NCBI GenBank assembly: GCA_964016885.1
Contig: OZ024748.1
Span: 54,312,001 to 54,376,000, forward strand
Length of the DNA stretch: 64,000 nucleotides
Direction: 5' to 3'
Source of the DNA: Eledone cirrhosa
Lineage: Eukaryota
Part shown: piece by piece, positions 12,852 to 27,399 of the stretch
How the letters are laid out: every line of letters begins with the position of its first letter
Position numbering within the stretch: the first letter of the stretch is position 1
Translations under genes and position numbers: made by a program
Notes under the pieces: generated by a model
Database searches by the model: none
What the model was told of the DNA's origin: nothing
What the model saw: the letters and a program-made list of their open reading frames with translations, nothing else

Positions 12852-13942
12852 TAGTTGGAGGGTGTTGTAGTGGATGGTGTGGTCGTTGTGGTAATGGTAG
12901 TAGTAGTGGTAGTGGTGGTAGTAGTGTTGGAGGGTGTTGTAGTGGATGGTGCGGTCGTTGTGGTAATGGTAGTAGTAGTAGTAGTGGTAGTGGTGGTAGT
13001 AGTGTTGGAGGGTGTTGTAGTGGATGGTGCGGTCGTTGTGGTAATGGTAGTAGTAGTGGTAGTGGTGGTAGTAGTGTTGGAGGGTGTTGTAGTGGATGGT
13101 GCGGTCGTTGTGGTAATGGTAGTAGTAGTAGTAGTGTTGGAGGGTGTTGTAGTGGATGGTGCGGTCGTTGTGGTAATGGTAGTAGTAGTGGTAGTGGTGG
13201 TAGTAGTGTTGGAGGGTGTTGTAGTGGATGGTGCGGTCGTTGTGGTAATGGTAGTAGTAGTGGTAGTGGTGGTAGTAGTGTTGGAGGGTGTTGTAGTGGA
13301 TGGTGCGGTCGTTGTGGTAATGGTAGTAGTAGTAGTAGTGTTGGAGGGTGTTGTAGTGGATGGTGCGGTCGTTGTGGTAATGGTAGTAGTAGTGGTAGTG
13401 GTGGTAGTAGTGTTGGAGGGTGTTGTAGTGGATGGTGCGGTCGTTGTGGTAATGGTAGTAGTAGTAGTAGTAGTAGTGGTGGTAGTAGTGTTGGAGGGTG
13501 TTGTAGTGGATGGTGCGGTCGTTGTGGTAATGGTAGTAGTAGTGGTAGTGGTGGTAGTAGTGTTGGAGGGTGTTGTAGTGGATGGTGCGGTCGTTGTGGT
13601 AATGGTAGTAGTAGTGGTAGTGGTGGTAGTAGTGTTGGAGGGTGTTGTAGTGGATGGTGCGGTCGTTGTGGTAATGGTAGTAGTAGTAGTAGTGGTAGTG
13701 GTGGTAGTAGTGTTGGAGGGTGTTGTAGTGGATGGTGCGGTCGTTGTGGTAATGGTAGTAGTAGTAGTAGTGGTAGTGGTGGTAGTAGTGTTGGAGGGTG
13801 TTGTAGTGGATGGTGCGGTCGTTGTGGTAATGGTAGTAGTAGTAGTAGTGGTAGTGGTGGTAGTAGTGTTGGAGGGTGTTGTAGTGGATGGTGCGGTCGT
13901 TGTGGTAATGGTAGTAGTAGTGGTAGTAGTAGTAGTGGTGGT
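12852..13942 (+). repeat. 60-78-bp minisatellite, 15 units
   Basis: Core gtgttggagggtgttgtagtggatggtgcggtcgttgtggtaatg plus variable (gta/gtg)n. Confidence 0.95.
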
Positions 13943-14014
13943 AGCAATAACAATAACAACAGCTTTAACGACAGAAGCATGCTTATTGTTTTTTAGTGGT
14001 TGATGGTAATGGTA

Positions 14015-14135
14015 TGATGGGTAGGTGGGGTGGGGTGATGGGTAGGTGGGTGGAGTGATGGGTAGGTAGGGTGGGGTGATGGGTAGGTGGGTGGAGTGAT
14101 GGGTAGGTAGGGTGGGGTGATGGGTAGGTAGGGTG
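14015..14135 (+). repeat. G-rich 20/21-bp tandem repeat (G-quadruplex prone)
   Basis: Alternating gggtaggtgggtggagtgat / gggtaggtagggtggggtgat. Confidence 0.85.
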
Positions 14136-14339
14136 AATAGGTGTGGATTGTATATTTTTATATTTGCTTTGTTCTTGTCTGGGGGGGGGGGGGTGACTAT
14201 TTTACTGATGTCTTTAATCACTGTCTACTACTATTACTATAGAATGTTAGTCGCAAGTATATACCTATATATATATGTATATATATACCTATATACCTAT
14301 ATATATATGTATATATATACCTATATACCTATATATACC

Positions 14340-14436
<97 letters not shown>

Positions 14437-14520
14437 ATATATATATATACGTATTTAAATGTGTCAGTATGAATAGTTACAGACACTTGTTAATGTGTGT
14501 ATGTATGTATGTATATATAT

Positions 14521-14560
<40 letters not shown>

Positions 14561-14583
14561 ATATGTATGTATATATATATATG

Positions 14584-14655
<72 letters not shown>

Positions 14656-14741
14656 CATAGGGCGGCGGTGTCTGAGTTAAACTAGTTCACAGCGTCTCCC
14701 CAACAGTTTCCTGGTGTCATTAACAACAGAAATTACCTTGT

Positions 14742-14784
<43 letters not shown>

Positions 14785-15091
14785 TGTGTGTATGTGTGTG
14801 TGTGTGTGTGCCACTTCGCGGTTGCTCGCACTTGCATCTGTTGTGCTCTAGCTTTCATTGTTGTCATTTATCGATTCATGTTGCTTTGTCTATATCTTAT
14901 TAGTCTTCATCATCATCATCGTCATCATCATTATCATCCTTATTATTATTGTTGTTGTTGTTATTGTTATTATTATACACAGTTTAAAGATTCATAACTC
15001 TTGGTCCTGCGGTTTCACTACCAGTAATGCACTGGGTAATTGCTGGCCTTGTGCCTAAAGTAGAAACAATTATTAATATTTTTTATCTGGG

Positions 15092-15170
<79 letters not shown>

Positions 15171-15253
15171 GATATAGTCACTACTTTAAAACCGATAGCG
15201 TAAGGTCTTCTAAATGTTTTTAATTAAACATACGATATATTGCCAAATATGCT

Positions 15254-15325
<72 letters not shown>

Positions 15326-15425
15326 TTTTGTACAGATTAAAGTTTAAGCAAAGAATCGCTGCTTTCTCCCTTTTACGGGATTTTCTTTTATCGAGCTCTC
15401 TTCGGAAGATTCTGGTCTTCATAAT

Positions 15426-15456
<31 letters not shown>

Positions 15457-15490
15457 CTTTTTACTTGGAATAATATGTATATATATATAT

Positions 15491-15666
15491 TGATAATCTG
15501 CGATACTGGGACCGATAAGACCACAAATCAAAGAAGTACTCAATATATGATAAAATGTAGAGTGAGTATACTAGTGAAAGTAGGATCTACCGCGAATTCG
15601 GCGGTTTCGGAAGTATCTGGCCGAGACAGCCGAGCTGACGTTAGTTCCTCTACTTTTACTAATATA
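15491..15666 (-). mobile_element. Hammerhead-3'-half island with TATTGAGTAC tail
   Basis: Minus strand GAAAC-cgc cgaattc gcg-GTA (15588-15608), with imperfect inverted arms and TATTGAGTAC (15536-15545). The tail matches the 48380 island (tgagtactWctttgattWgtggtctt). Confidence 0.58.
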
Positions 15667-15963
15667 TTGGTTATCCTACATCAGCCCTCTTTGCTCCAAT
15701 ACAGACCCGTGCAATCCAGGTGTGGAATATAGGTTTTCAAAGTTGACCAAACGTATGTAAATGAGGTGATTGTATTGGTTTAGTGGTGTGGTATTATATC
15801 ACTGTGCTGTTGTGATGGTATCGGTGACAGCATGTAAAAATGGTGATGTGATGGTGGTGATGATGTTGGTTTTGAGGTGATGGTGGTGATGCTGATGGTG
15901 TTGGTGTTGTGCTTTTATATCTATCCACAGTTTTCGCGACATCTTCGTCACTGATAGTTCTGC

Positions 15964-16001
<38 letters not shown>

Positions 16002-16203
16002 TGGTTTTAGTTGAGGTGAGAGAAGTGTTAGTGCTGGAGAAGAGGATATAGTGTGAAGGGGGTGGGGGACCACCGTGGGTGATGAGTTCAGTTGACAGGC
16101 CGAGCCATGTTTAAGTTATAAACATCGACATTAAAGGTCATCGTAATTCAGAGTTGTTTTTTTTTTTTGTGTTTTTGCCTTTGTGCTGGTGCACCTAATA
16201 CTA

Positions 16204-16295
<92 letters not shown>

Positions 16296-16337
16296 TATAT
16301 ACGTGTGTATGTGTATATATACACACACACTCATATA

Positions 16338-16375
<38 letters not shown>

Positions 16376-16519
16376 CATTTATATATATATACATTTATAT
16401 ACATATATATATATACATTTATATACATTTATATACATATATATACATTTATATACATATATATATATATATATATATACATTTATATACATATATATAT
16501 ATATATATATTTATACATT

Positions 16520-16621
<102 letters not shown>

Positions 16622-16904
16622 AATGATTTCATATGCATAAACACTGAACATTGACTGAATACAGGTGCTAGTACAAGAACCTCTGTGGGAATTAGCCACA
16701 CATCTGGCAAAGCTTCGAAGTCACTGTCATTGAAATCATAATAAACACTTTCACACACACACATTATTGAACACATATTTTATTTATCTTTAGTAAGAGA
16801 TAAATCATAACAGGAACTGTTATTGTGATTTTTATTTAATTTTTAATTTTTGCTTTGTTTTGTTTTGTTTTCTGTGTTCATAGCTCAAGTAGAACTGGGT
16901 AAAA

Positions 16905-16945
16905 AGGGCTGATGAGGTTTGAACCCACGAAACACAGGCACGCTC
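16905..16945 (+). ncRNA. Degenerate hammerhead motif
   Basis: CTGATGA(16909-16915)-ggtt tg aacc-ca-cGAAAC(16929-16933). Stems I and III are poorly preserved. Confidence 0.4.
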
Positions 16946-17041
16946 ATATATATATTTCCATTTATAATACATATTTCTTTTCCCCTTGAAATATGTGCGT
17001 TTTATATATATACAAGATACTGTGTATTCTCATAAGATATA

Positions 17042-17360
<319 letters not shown>

Positions 17361-17566
17361 ACACGCAGACACACATACACATATATATATATATATAATC
17401 TGTGGTGCACGGGGAACGATCTGCACCATGTGTGCAATGTGCACGTGGTGCAGCTGAGACTGAGTACCACAAAAAATGCTAATAATTTGCATTTATTTTA
17501 TGTTGCCCCAAGTAAATATTTTGCACGCTGTTAGTTTTAATAAAACATAACTATCTCTCTCTCTCT

Positions 17567-17627
<61 letters not shown>

Positions 17628-18120
17628 GTGTAAACATACATATTTATATATAAAATAAACAAGGTATATTTAATATAGTTGTGGGGTCTGCCTTGAGGTA
17701 TGACTGGGAAGAAAACTGAAATTTTAATCTATTGTATCACATTCATCAGTTATTATATATGTCTTAGTGTCTTGTCAGTTAAGACAATGGAGGGGTTGAG
17801 GGTGTGGGGTGCCATTGTTGGGCTATGCCGACGGCATGAATTGCCCTTAATCCGACCTTGATGCATAATACATACGTGCACATACACAAACAACTATAGG
17901 AGTTTACAACCGTTCCTTCGTGTGTTTTTCTTCTTAATCCGTAGTTGTAATACAATTACTAGTACTATATTTTTCATTCATATTTCGAAATCGGACAGAA
18001 ACCATGTTGAAAGAGAGAGGGGGAGGGGGGGGGGATAGATGCTTACATAGGGATTTTATACAAGCAAATAAGTTGCTGTCCGTATGTGTCTTATATATAT
18101 ATATTTATACATATATATAT

Positions 18121-18309
18121 ATAGGAAAATGTTTGACCCCTACGGCAGAGCTCAAGCCGTTTCGATGGCTATTTCAGAAATAGCCGTCGAAACGGCTTGA
18201 GCTCTGCCGTCGGGGTCAAACATTTTCCTATTACCCACTCTACTACCCTAAGTATTGAGTACTCTGGTGCGTTATGGTCCATCTGGTTCCTTACCACACC
18301 TCCTTCATT
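18121..18309 (+). mobile_element. Truncated Penelope-like/retrozyme-like insertion with fold-back inverted 5' arm
   Basis: 55-bp inverted arms (18121-18175 / 18177-18231, 2 mismatches, 1-nt loop). The right arm has the hammerhead 3' half GAAAC-ggc..gcc-GTC. TATTGAGTAC at 18253-18262, and (TA)n on both sides. Confidence 0.7.
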
Positions 18310-18390
18310 ATATATATATATATACACACACACAGATATATATTAAGTATCATCTTTGGGTTGTCACTTGATTTAAATAATATATATATA

Positions 18391-18571
18391 TAACAAAGGA
18401 ATTGTGGTAAGGAACCAGATGGACCATAACACACCAGAGTACTCAATACTTAGGGTAGTAAAGTGGGAAATAGGAAAAAGTATGACCCCGACGACAGAGC
18501 TCAAGCCGTTTCGACGGCTATTTCTGGACTCCAGAAACGGCTTGAGCTCTGTCGTCGGGGTCATACTTTTT

Positions 18572-18576
<5 letters not shown>
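18391..18576 (-). mobile_element. Second copy of the same family, opposite orientation, with its own fold-back arm
   Basis: Reverse complement of the 18177-18309 body with several substitutions. Perfect 43-bp arms at 18470-18512 / 18534-18576, with a nested tttctgga-c-tccagaaa hairpin. GTACTCAATA at 18439-18448. Confidence 0.7.
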
Positions 18577-18643
<67 letters not shown>

Positions 18644-18746
18644 TTTTTATATGAAAAGAAATTGTTGGCTGTGTGAACTTCCGGTAAATCTCTTCCGCCT
18701 TATATATATATAAATACTTACTACAAACACATACCGATAGATTCTT

Positions 18747-18801
<55 letters not shown>

Positions 18802-18895
18802 AACTTGTTTGTGTACTTAAGTACACTAAACATGCACTGAATAGGAAAAAAACTTAATATGCTTGTAAGGTGAAAATATATATTGTCACTAGAAA

Positions 18896-18938
18896 CTGTT
18901 TACTTCGAAGTTTCGCCGATACTGGCGTCTCAGGACAT
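18896..18938 (-). ncRNA. Degenerate hammerhead motif (1-nt core deletion)
   Basis: Minus strand tgtc-CTGA.GA-c[gcc agtatc ggc]-GAAAC-ttcgaa-GTA-aaca. Stem III is a perfect palindrome (ACTTCGAAGT). The island is bounded by inverted atatatattgtc/gacaatatatat. Confidence 0.5.
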
Positions 18939-19640
18939 TCCGATTGATTTGAGAAGCCAGACAATATATATATGTATTTAATGGAGATGTACACACATAT
19001 CTTAATACACTTATCTCTCTCTCTCTCCCTTTCTAAAAGCCAAGCACAATACGTAACTAAATCCTGCCTATCTTGTAACTATAAACTCTTTAGTGTATGT
19101 TGGGCCTCACAAAGGAGAGAGAAGTGGGCTGAGGTGCTGAAAGCTTAAGAGGAAGTGGAGGAGTCCTACGAAATGTATGGGCGGAAGTGCATGTTTGTAC
19201 TGTAGATAAGAAAAGTAATTTGATAATTTCCAGTGACGGTATTGTTGTGAGATCAAATTAATACCGCGGCTGATTTCGTGATTATCGTTGATCCACCCGT
19301 GGCTGATACCAGAATTACACCCGGATTGAGTCATTCTTTTTTTCTGTAGTATTTACAAAATGTTTTAGGCCTTCAAACAAAAGCTAGGCGTGGGGGTGGC
19401 TAAGCTGGTATGGCCAGCATATTGTTTCTAATTGAGGAACAAAGGCAGCAAAATTAATTAAATGAACTTGAATATTTTCTTAAATGGTACTTCACCTTAT
19501 CGACCCCCGGAGGGTTGAAACGCAAAGTTGACCTTTATGGGATTTGAACTCAGAAATGGTATAACAACATATTCAGAACAACTGTTATGTTTTTGTTCTC
19601 GACACTCGGTTACGTCCACGTTTGATTCACAATACATATA

Positions 19641-19776
19641 ATTGTTTCTACTTTTGGCACAAGGCCAGCAATTACCCACTACATTACTGGTACTTTATTT
19701 TATCGACCCCGTAAGGATGAAAGGCAAAGTTAACCTCGACGGGATTTGAACTCAGACCGTAAAAGGATTCACCGCC
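19641..19776 (-). mobile_element. SINE A with 10-bp TSD
   Basis: tacatataat at 19633-19642 and 19777-19786. An older copy lies at ~19420-19555. Confidence 0.8.
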
Positions 19777-20360
19777 TACATATAATGCCCACGAGGAAGG
19801 CATGATCGCCACAATGTTTGATTTCCTTTCTCTTTAAATCCCTAAAGGGCAATCAGATTAATATAGATATATAGATAGAGACAGACAGGTAGATAAGGAG
19901 AGAGAGATAGAGACATACATACAGGCAGGTAGATAGAGACAGACAGACAGGTAGATCGATAGTGGCAGACAGACATATAGATAGAGGTAGGAGGACTGAA
20001 GAAACAAGAGAGAGTGCGGTAGGGGTAGGTTGTTGTGTGGAAAGGGTGATAAAAGAAAGAAAAATGGTGGTGGTGACATGAGAAGAAATTAGATATAAGT
20101 AAGACATGGTAGAACATGAAACAAAGGTAATCCGACAAAGAAATACATATATAATGAGAAATGCATAACCCTCCACCCTAGATGACAGCAAGCTCTGTCT
20201 CACTCTGGTTATGGTTGCATGATTTCCTTCTTATATCACAGTAGAATAGAGTGATGAGTGATGGTGTGAGTAATTGAGTGAGTTGTGAGGGAGGAGGGGT
20301 TGTAGATGAATAGAGGGTGGAGCTATATATTAATAATAATACAAGAGGGCGATACATATG

Positions 20361-20392
<32 letters not shown>

Positions 20393-20723
20393 CTTTAGTG
20401 GTTTCAGTCATTAAACTTCGGCCAAGCTGGGGCACTTCATTGATTTAGTCGATCAGATCGACTCCGATACTTACTTTTTGAAGTCTGGTGTATATTTTAT
20501 CGATTACTTTTTGTCGGACCGCCGAATTACACACACTGATATATACATATATATATAATGTGTGTGTGTATAATACATATTGTAAAAAGTATTTCTTAAG
20601 TACGAGGAAGCTTGTATTTTGGTGACAGGTCTACGGGAGGACTTAATAAAATCACATTCTTGGGCAGTATCTACATATTATTAGAAGTTACAGACACACA
20701 TATTGCAGGTTATTGTTGCTGGG

Positions 20724-20995
20724 TCCCCCGTCGGTAGTGTGATGAGTGTTGCAGGTGTACGAACGACAAAACAGTGTTTGCTTGTGAAATGAACCTGTAA
20801 GCAGCTAACCATTCTACAGACGCGTGTACCCTTAAAATAATTCTCAGGTAGATTCAGCGTGGCGCAGTGTGTGAGACGGCAGACCCTTTGAATTACAGGT
20901 ACAACTCATTTTTGTCAGTTGAGTGGACTGGAGCAACGTGAAATAAAGTGTTTTGCTGTAGGGCACAACGCGTTGCCAGGAATCGAACTCACGAG
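20724..20995 (-). mobile_element. SINE family B copy
   Basis: gagtggactggagcaacgtgaaataaagtg...ggaatcgaactc is reverse-complement similar to 6296-6610. A fragment also occurs at ~9480-9590. Confidence 0.7.
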
Positions 20996-22273
20996 AAGAG
21001 TGAGGTTAAATTAATCCGTGACGAGCTTAAGTTGCAAGAAACCCAGTACCCGTGTGTTTCGGATATCGGTTTAAATAATGTTGGGGGTCCCCGTTTTTCT
21101 TTTTCTTATTCCTTTTTTTTTTTTGTTCTCAGGTAAACCGCTAGCGAAAATATTAAAGCAGGCAGCCATGAACATCACTACATCCCGTTGCTTACCTACC
21201 GTGTCGAAAGGAGAGGCAGCGGTGGGGCAACGAGAAAAAAATAGAGAGAGAGATACATACACACACGCACTTACATACGCATATATATATATATATAAGA
21301 GATGCATACAAAAATACACATGCATTTATGTGAGAGAGAGAGGGGGGAGAGAGAAAATTATGGGATGGGGAGCAGGTAGAGGTGACAGGAAGGAGGAGTT
21401 GTACTAGATTTTAGTGGTTAAGTGGTGTCGTCGAAGGATGAAGGGGAGGAGGACTTTGCAACAACAGTGATGGTGGTGGTGGTGGTAGTAATTGTAGTAG
21501 TTGTGGTGGTGGTGGTTGGTGTGAAGAGAAGACGAGAGCAAAACTGGAGGTGTCTATGCCGGGGAGAAGGGAGGGGGGAAGGGGAGTAAAGCAAGGTGGA
21601 AATGCTGAAGCAATAAGCGAGGTGCAGCAAGCAGTGAGGTGAAGTAAGAGGTGGAGTAATAAGGGGAGGAGGAGTGAGGGAGGGGGCGGAGGAGGTCGTG
21701 CTCACTGCCAACATAATTGCTTTGCTTGTCTGGCCAAATCAATGCTGACTACTGTGTGTGTGTGTGTGTGTGTGCGTATCGCTACGTGCTGGTGTGCGTG
21801 TGTGTATGTGTTCATATCGCTGCGTGGTGGTGTTTGTGTGTTTATGTGAGTGCGTATCGCTGCGTGCTGGTGTTTAATGTGTAAAGATTATAATGATAGG
21901 GGGAGTGGAGAAAGACACCACCCACTACTGTTGTTGCTGCTGCTGCTGCTACTACTATTACTACTACTACTAATACTGTGCCTGCTGCTGCTGCTATTAA
22001 TACCTTTAATGAGAAAAAATTGCAGCAGCAACAACGAATTTGGGAGGTGTAGTGGGAGTACATATGTATCAGATATATTAGCAAGGATATGTTTGAATAC
22101 ACACACATGCATGTGTGTGTGTGTGTGTATATATATTGTGTGTGTAATATATATGTATATATGTTATTAAGCTTAAACCGCTTCGTAAGTTTGACTGCGG
22201 AACCTAATGTCTTATAGTTACCTTCTTTAATATGGACCACAAATTGAATAATGGTCAAACTAGTCTCAATAAT

Positions 22274-22368
<95 letters not shown>

Positions 22369-22370
<2 letters not shown>

Positions 22371-22467
22371 GGATGTCCCAAAAAATGTAAACACACTTTG
22401 ATTACCTGTACAGGCAATATTTATTAGAATGCTGTTGAAGTGTGTATACATTTTTTGGGACACCCTG
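22369..22467. mobile_element. Tc1/mariner-type MITE (~99 bp)
   Basis: 30-bp TIRs (consensus cagggtgtcccaaaaaatgtatacacactt, 3 mismatches), inserted in TA repeats. Confidence 0.8.
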
Positions 22468-22658
22468 TATATATATATATATATATATGCACACCTATAC
22501 ACGCCTGGAAAATGGGTAGCTCCTAGGTATCCTGCCCCCTCAAGAAAAAAAAACTGGATGATCACTTTTGGAATGCCTGCTGCTGATTAGAGGTCTTACT
22601 TATCAGGGCTGACTTGATCTGCGCCTTCGGTCCATTATAAAACCCCCACACAGTAAAT

Positions 22659-23058
22659 AATTGTTTCTACTTTTTAGCACAAGGCCAGCAATTTGAAGGG
22701 AAAGTCAATTAATTGAACCCCATTGCTTTACTGGTACTTTATTTTATCGACCACGTCAGGATGAAAGGCAAAGTTCACCTCGGCAGAATTTGAAACTCAG
22801 AACGTAAAGAACCTGAACAAATACTGATGCTCGTTTGCCCGACACTCTAACGATTCTGCCAGTCCAGTAATAATAATTGTTTCTACCCTCGGCACAAGGC
22901 CAGCAATTACCTAGTGCATTACTGGTACTTTATTTTATCGACCCCGTAAGGATGAAAGGCAAAGTTAACCTCGGCGGGATTTGAACTCAGAATGGCAAGG
23001 GCCGTAACTCTGCGTCAAAGCATGGCGTCCGACCTTCTACCAATACTGCCAGTTCACC
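22659..23058 (-). mobile_element. Two tandem SINE A copies (long form, then short form)
   Basis: Copies at ~22659-22865 and ~22876-23058. Confidence 0.8.
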
Positions 23059-23903
23059 AATAATTATTATTTATATTTCATTTATTTATTTTTAGATAAT
23101 AATGATACAGAATTTAAATATACTTTTAGTTTATTTTATTACATTATGTTTTAGTATTAACTGTTAAATACTATAACTATATTACATCTTTTACTGTTTA
23201 TTTTTTACAATTAGGGTTCTTTTTTTGAATTTTGTCTGGTAGAAGTTGAGATTTTTGTCCGTATCCCCTTTGTCTTTATCTGATTGATATCAATACCGCT
23301 CTTCCCACTCTGTTCTCGATACCAAGTCTCTTAGAAGTGTCCTAATGTTGCTCTTCTAAGTCCCCATTTTTAGTTCGTGGTGTGGTTTATAACCTCACGG
23401 ACGGACCTGTTTCATTTTGAAAACTAAACGTTTAAAACCGCCCTTGTTCTATAATACAAACATTTTTTTTTTTAAAGTGTTTAGGGTTTTTACATTTATC
23501 TAAAAACATAATTTTACGTAAAAACTTTTTTGTAATTTATGTTCCAAACACTAGTTTAATAACGAGAAAGTTAGTTATTTTTCTTAATTAATTGAAATTC
23601 TTCATTATTTTCAAAATTATTTAAATCTTATAGTCAATGTCTTTCCCTTTCTGAGGGTCCACAGCAGCTTGATTCATTCTCTGTGGCTATTCAAAGATAA
23701 TGAAATAATTATGTTATCACACATACATGGGTGTGTATAGATAGATAGCTAGATAGATAGATATATGAATTAATATCCCTATGGCTGTCAATCTTAAACT
23801 TTCTAATTATCTGGTTATCTCCTTACCCAGCGATCTATCAATATATATTATCTACTAATCTATCGGATTGTCTCCAGCCCTACAACTAATTAACTGATAT
23901 ATA

Positions 23904-24006
23904 ATTGTTTCTACTTTTGGCACAAGGCCAGCAATTATCCCAGTGTATTACTGGTACTTTATTTTATCGACCCCGTAAGGATGAAAGGTAAAGTTAACCT
24001 CGGCGG
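23904..24006 (-). mobile_element. 5'-truncated SINE A
   Basis: Tail plus central domain only. Confidence 0.8.
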
Positions 24007-24009
24007 GGA

Positions 24010-24082
24010 GTAGAAACAAGGTGTCAAAATATTATAGTTAGTCACGTATGACGCGCGTTTCTCAATCGATCAACTCAAGATT

Positions 24083-24085
<3 letters not shown>
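24010..24085 (-). mobile_element. 5'-truncated hammerhead-bearing island (3' half only)
   Basis: Minus strand GAAAC-gcgc-GTC (24050-24061), the palindromic stem III typical of dimer-forming minimal hammerheads. The upstream side runs into (TA)n. Confidence 0.45.
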
Positions 24086-24116
<31 letters not shown>

Positions 24117-24126
24117 TATCTATATA

Positions 24127-24173
<47 letters not shown>

Positions 24174-24700
24174 ATGTATATATGCACACACATACATACT
24201 TATATAATTATATATATAGAAAGAGTAGGGTAGATGGAACGAAGAAATTATATAAATAGGTTTTAAAAAAAACCACCGTTCGCGGAAAAAACACCATATT
24301 GTTCCGTCTAAAACAAAAGTAAAGAAGCACACACACGCACACAGGCTAATAAACATACATGCAGACACACATCTACAGTTACACAGGCTAATAAACACAT
24401 ACATGCAAACACACATAAACAGGCACACATACACAGGCTAATAAACACATACATGCAAACACACATAAACAGGCACACATACACAAACATCTACAGTTAC
24501 AAACACACACACACACAAACTTTTCTTCATTCTTTCCTATACATATTAATGTCTTTTACTATATAAACCATATCTCCACCTATTTCACTGTCTTTTCAAC
24601 AACTTCTCTCTCGTTTATTCTAAGAAATTGTTCTATTCTAAGAAATTGTTCAATTTCTTCTAAGTTTCCTTTTAACACTGTCCTTTTAAACTTCCTACTT

Positions 24701-24794
<94 letters not shown>

Positions 24795-25186
24795 AAATGT
24801 CCAAGAAACGCTTTGTGTCACTTCGGCGCTCTTACGACTCCACCAGGAGTTACGTGGATATACGCGCGCGCACACATACACACACTCACACACACACACA
24901 CACACACACAATATGAAGGTATGCATATCCCTTTCCTCCTCCCCCTCCCACTACTTATGCAGTCACCCGGAACGTTGCAACAGAAAACACTGTTCTACAC
25001 ACAATTTCGCGCACGGAAGCTTACACGCTTACATAGTTGGGCAGCGGTCATGCTGGGGCACCGTACTGATATAGTCGATCATACCGTCCCTAGTATTGAT
25101 TTTGTTGAACTGTAGAGTTACGGAAATAAAAATAGATACAGAGTCACGCACACTTATAGATTACGGTGGAGTTTGAAAAGTCTTTT

Positions 25187-25233
<47 letters not shown>

Positions 25234-25334
25234 TTGAAGGCGGCCGACCGACTAGAAACTGTTAAATGTATGGCCGCCTTCTTATCTCTCTGCCTTTTCA
25301 GCCCCATGGATTATATTCCTTTGTTAAATTTTGA

Positions 25335-25392
25335 ATACCTGATGATGTCACCGGATTCATACTGAACCCGGTCATTGAAATGTTCATAGTAT
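25335..25392 (+). ncRNA. Type I hammerhead ribozyme motif followed by AATAAA
   Basis: atac-CTGATGA-tgtc[accgg a ttca tac tgaa c ccggt]catt-GAAA-tg tt ca-TA-gtat, then AATAAA at 25393-25398. Lies within a 25232-25437 island between two (TA)n runs. Confidence 0.68.
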
Positions 25393-26044
25393 AATAAACC
25401 TTTAAGGAATTACACCAGTCCAGCCTCCTGTTTTTTTATAATATATATATATATATATTTATATATAAACCCACACTCATACATACAGGTATGTTCAGGT
25501 ATACATATAGAAGACAATTGACAGGGGAGCGTACGAGATGAAAACCACCTGGCAAAGGGTTTAAATTACTTATATACTGTAGTAAAAGTTTGGTAGAAAT
25601 ATTCAAGGGTACTTAGCCCATAGGACGAGTTGGGGTGCATAACCCAACGACTTAAGTACCTGTATATATCACTGTTTTAACTATATATAGAGAGAGATAT
25701 AGATATATAGATATATATATGTCGGTCGTCTGCAGTTCCCGCCTACCAAATTCCATTCAATACGTTAAGAGTAGAAGATACTTTCCCAAAGTGACGTGAC
25801 CATGTGACTGAACCCTGAAACACGTGGTTGTGAATCGATTATAATAACTAAACTACCGTCTGGGACAAGCATCTAACCTTAAACGTGTGAGCTAACAATT
25901 AAAGGAGGTGGAATAAATGCTTGGAGGGATCTGCCTTGAACTGTGTAAGAAAAGCAATTCGTTTGTTGCAGAGATTAGAAGAGAGAAATAATAATTACGC
26001 AGCCGTGTTTTAAGACAGTTACTTGTAATAGGTAGAGTTAGATG

Positions 26045-26097
<53 letters not shown>

Positions 26098-26223
26098 TAT
26101 ATATATATATATATATATTAATGCGATGAAATACCAATGATGGTTGGCAATTCACTGATGAGGGACTAATTTTATAATATGTAACCCATGTGCAACCACG
26201 CAGTTTTCCTCTTTCTTCCCATG

Positions 26224-26303
<80 letters not shown>

Positions 26304-26347
26304 TAAATGAAACAAACAAAACACAGGAGGCAATTTTTACACACGCT

Positions 26348-26486
<139 letters not shown>

Positions 26487-26530
26487 TAAATGAAACAAAC
26501 AAAACACAGGAGGCAACTTTTACACACGCT

Positions 26531-26589
<59 letters not shown>

Positions 26590-27358
26590 TTTCTGGTATC
26601 AAAACAGATTTTTGGAGGCGGGAACGAAAAATGGGATGTTGTATCTTTCAAGCCATTCTTTTAAGTAAAGTGTATTAGATTTTGTCAGGTGTAAATAATT
26701 GCACACACACACACACACACATTTTTTTTCAGTTTACCCTTATTCATACATCCCAACCCCTGGATTAATCCTGATCGTGTAAACAAAGGACCAAAACCAC
26801 TCCAGCTACAGCCATCCCATCTAAAGATTTTAATTCATATGTATGTTGCAGATATATAATTAAAAAATATATATTTATTACCTTTGTTATATAGATTACG
26901 GTGGAGTTTGGAAAGTCTTTTTACACACACACATTAAAACACCACCCCACACGTTTTCAGACAGACACATGCACATACATACACATACATACAGGTATTT
27001 TCAGGTATACACATATCTACATATAGAAGACAATTGATAGGAGAGTATACGAGACGAAAACCACCTGCAAAGGGTTTAAATTACATGATTAACAACTGCT
27101 ATACCTTTCCTGCTTGTCTACCTGAGAAAAAACAGTTTCAAAACCATACAAACATAAAAACGTGTGTGTATGTGTATGTGTATATACGTATGCATACATG
27201 GCTGTAATAACACATGGCCCGACTACATACATACATACATACATACATATATGCAATAAGCTAAAACCTCGAAGTTATTCTCAGTTTCCCCTTCATAACA
27301 TTAATTGTACACCTTGTTTACACATATTGAGTGCTCATTCGGGATTAAAACGCCCACT

Positions 27359-27399
<41 letters not shown>

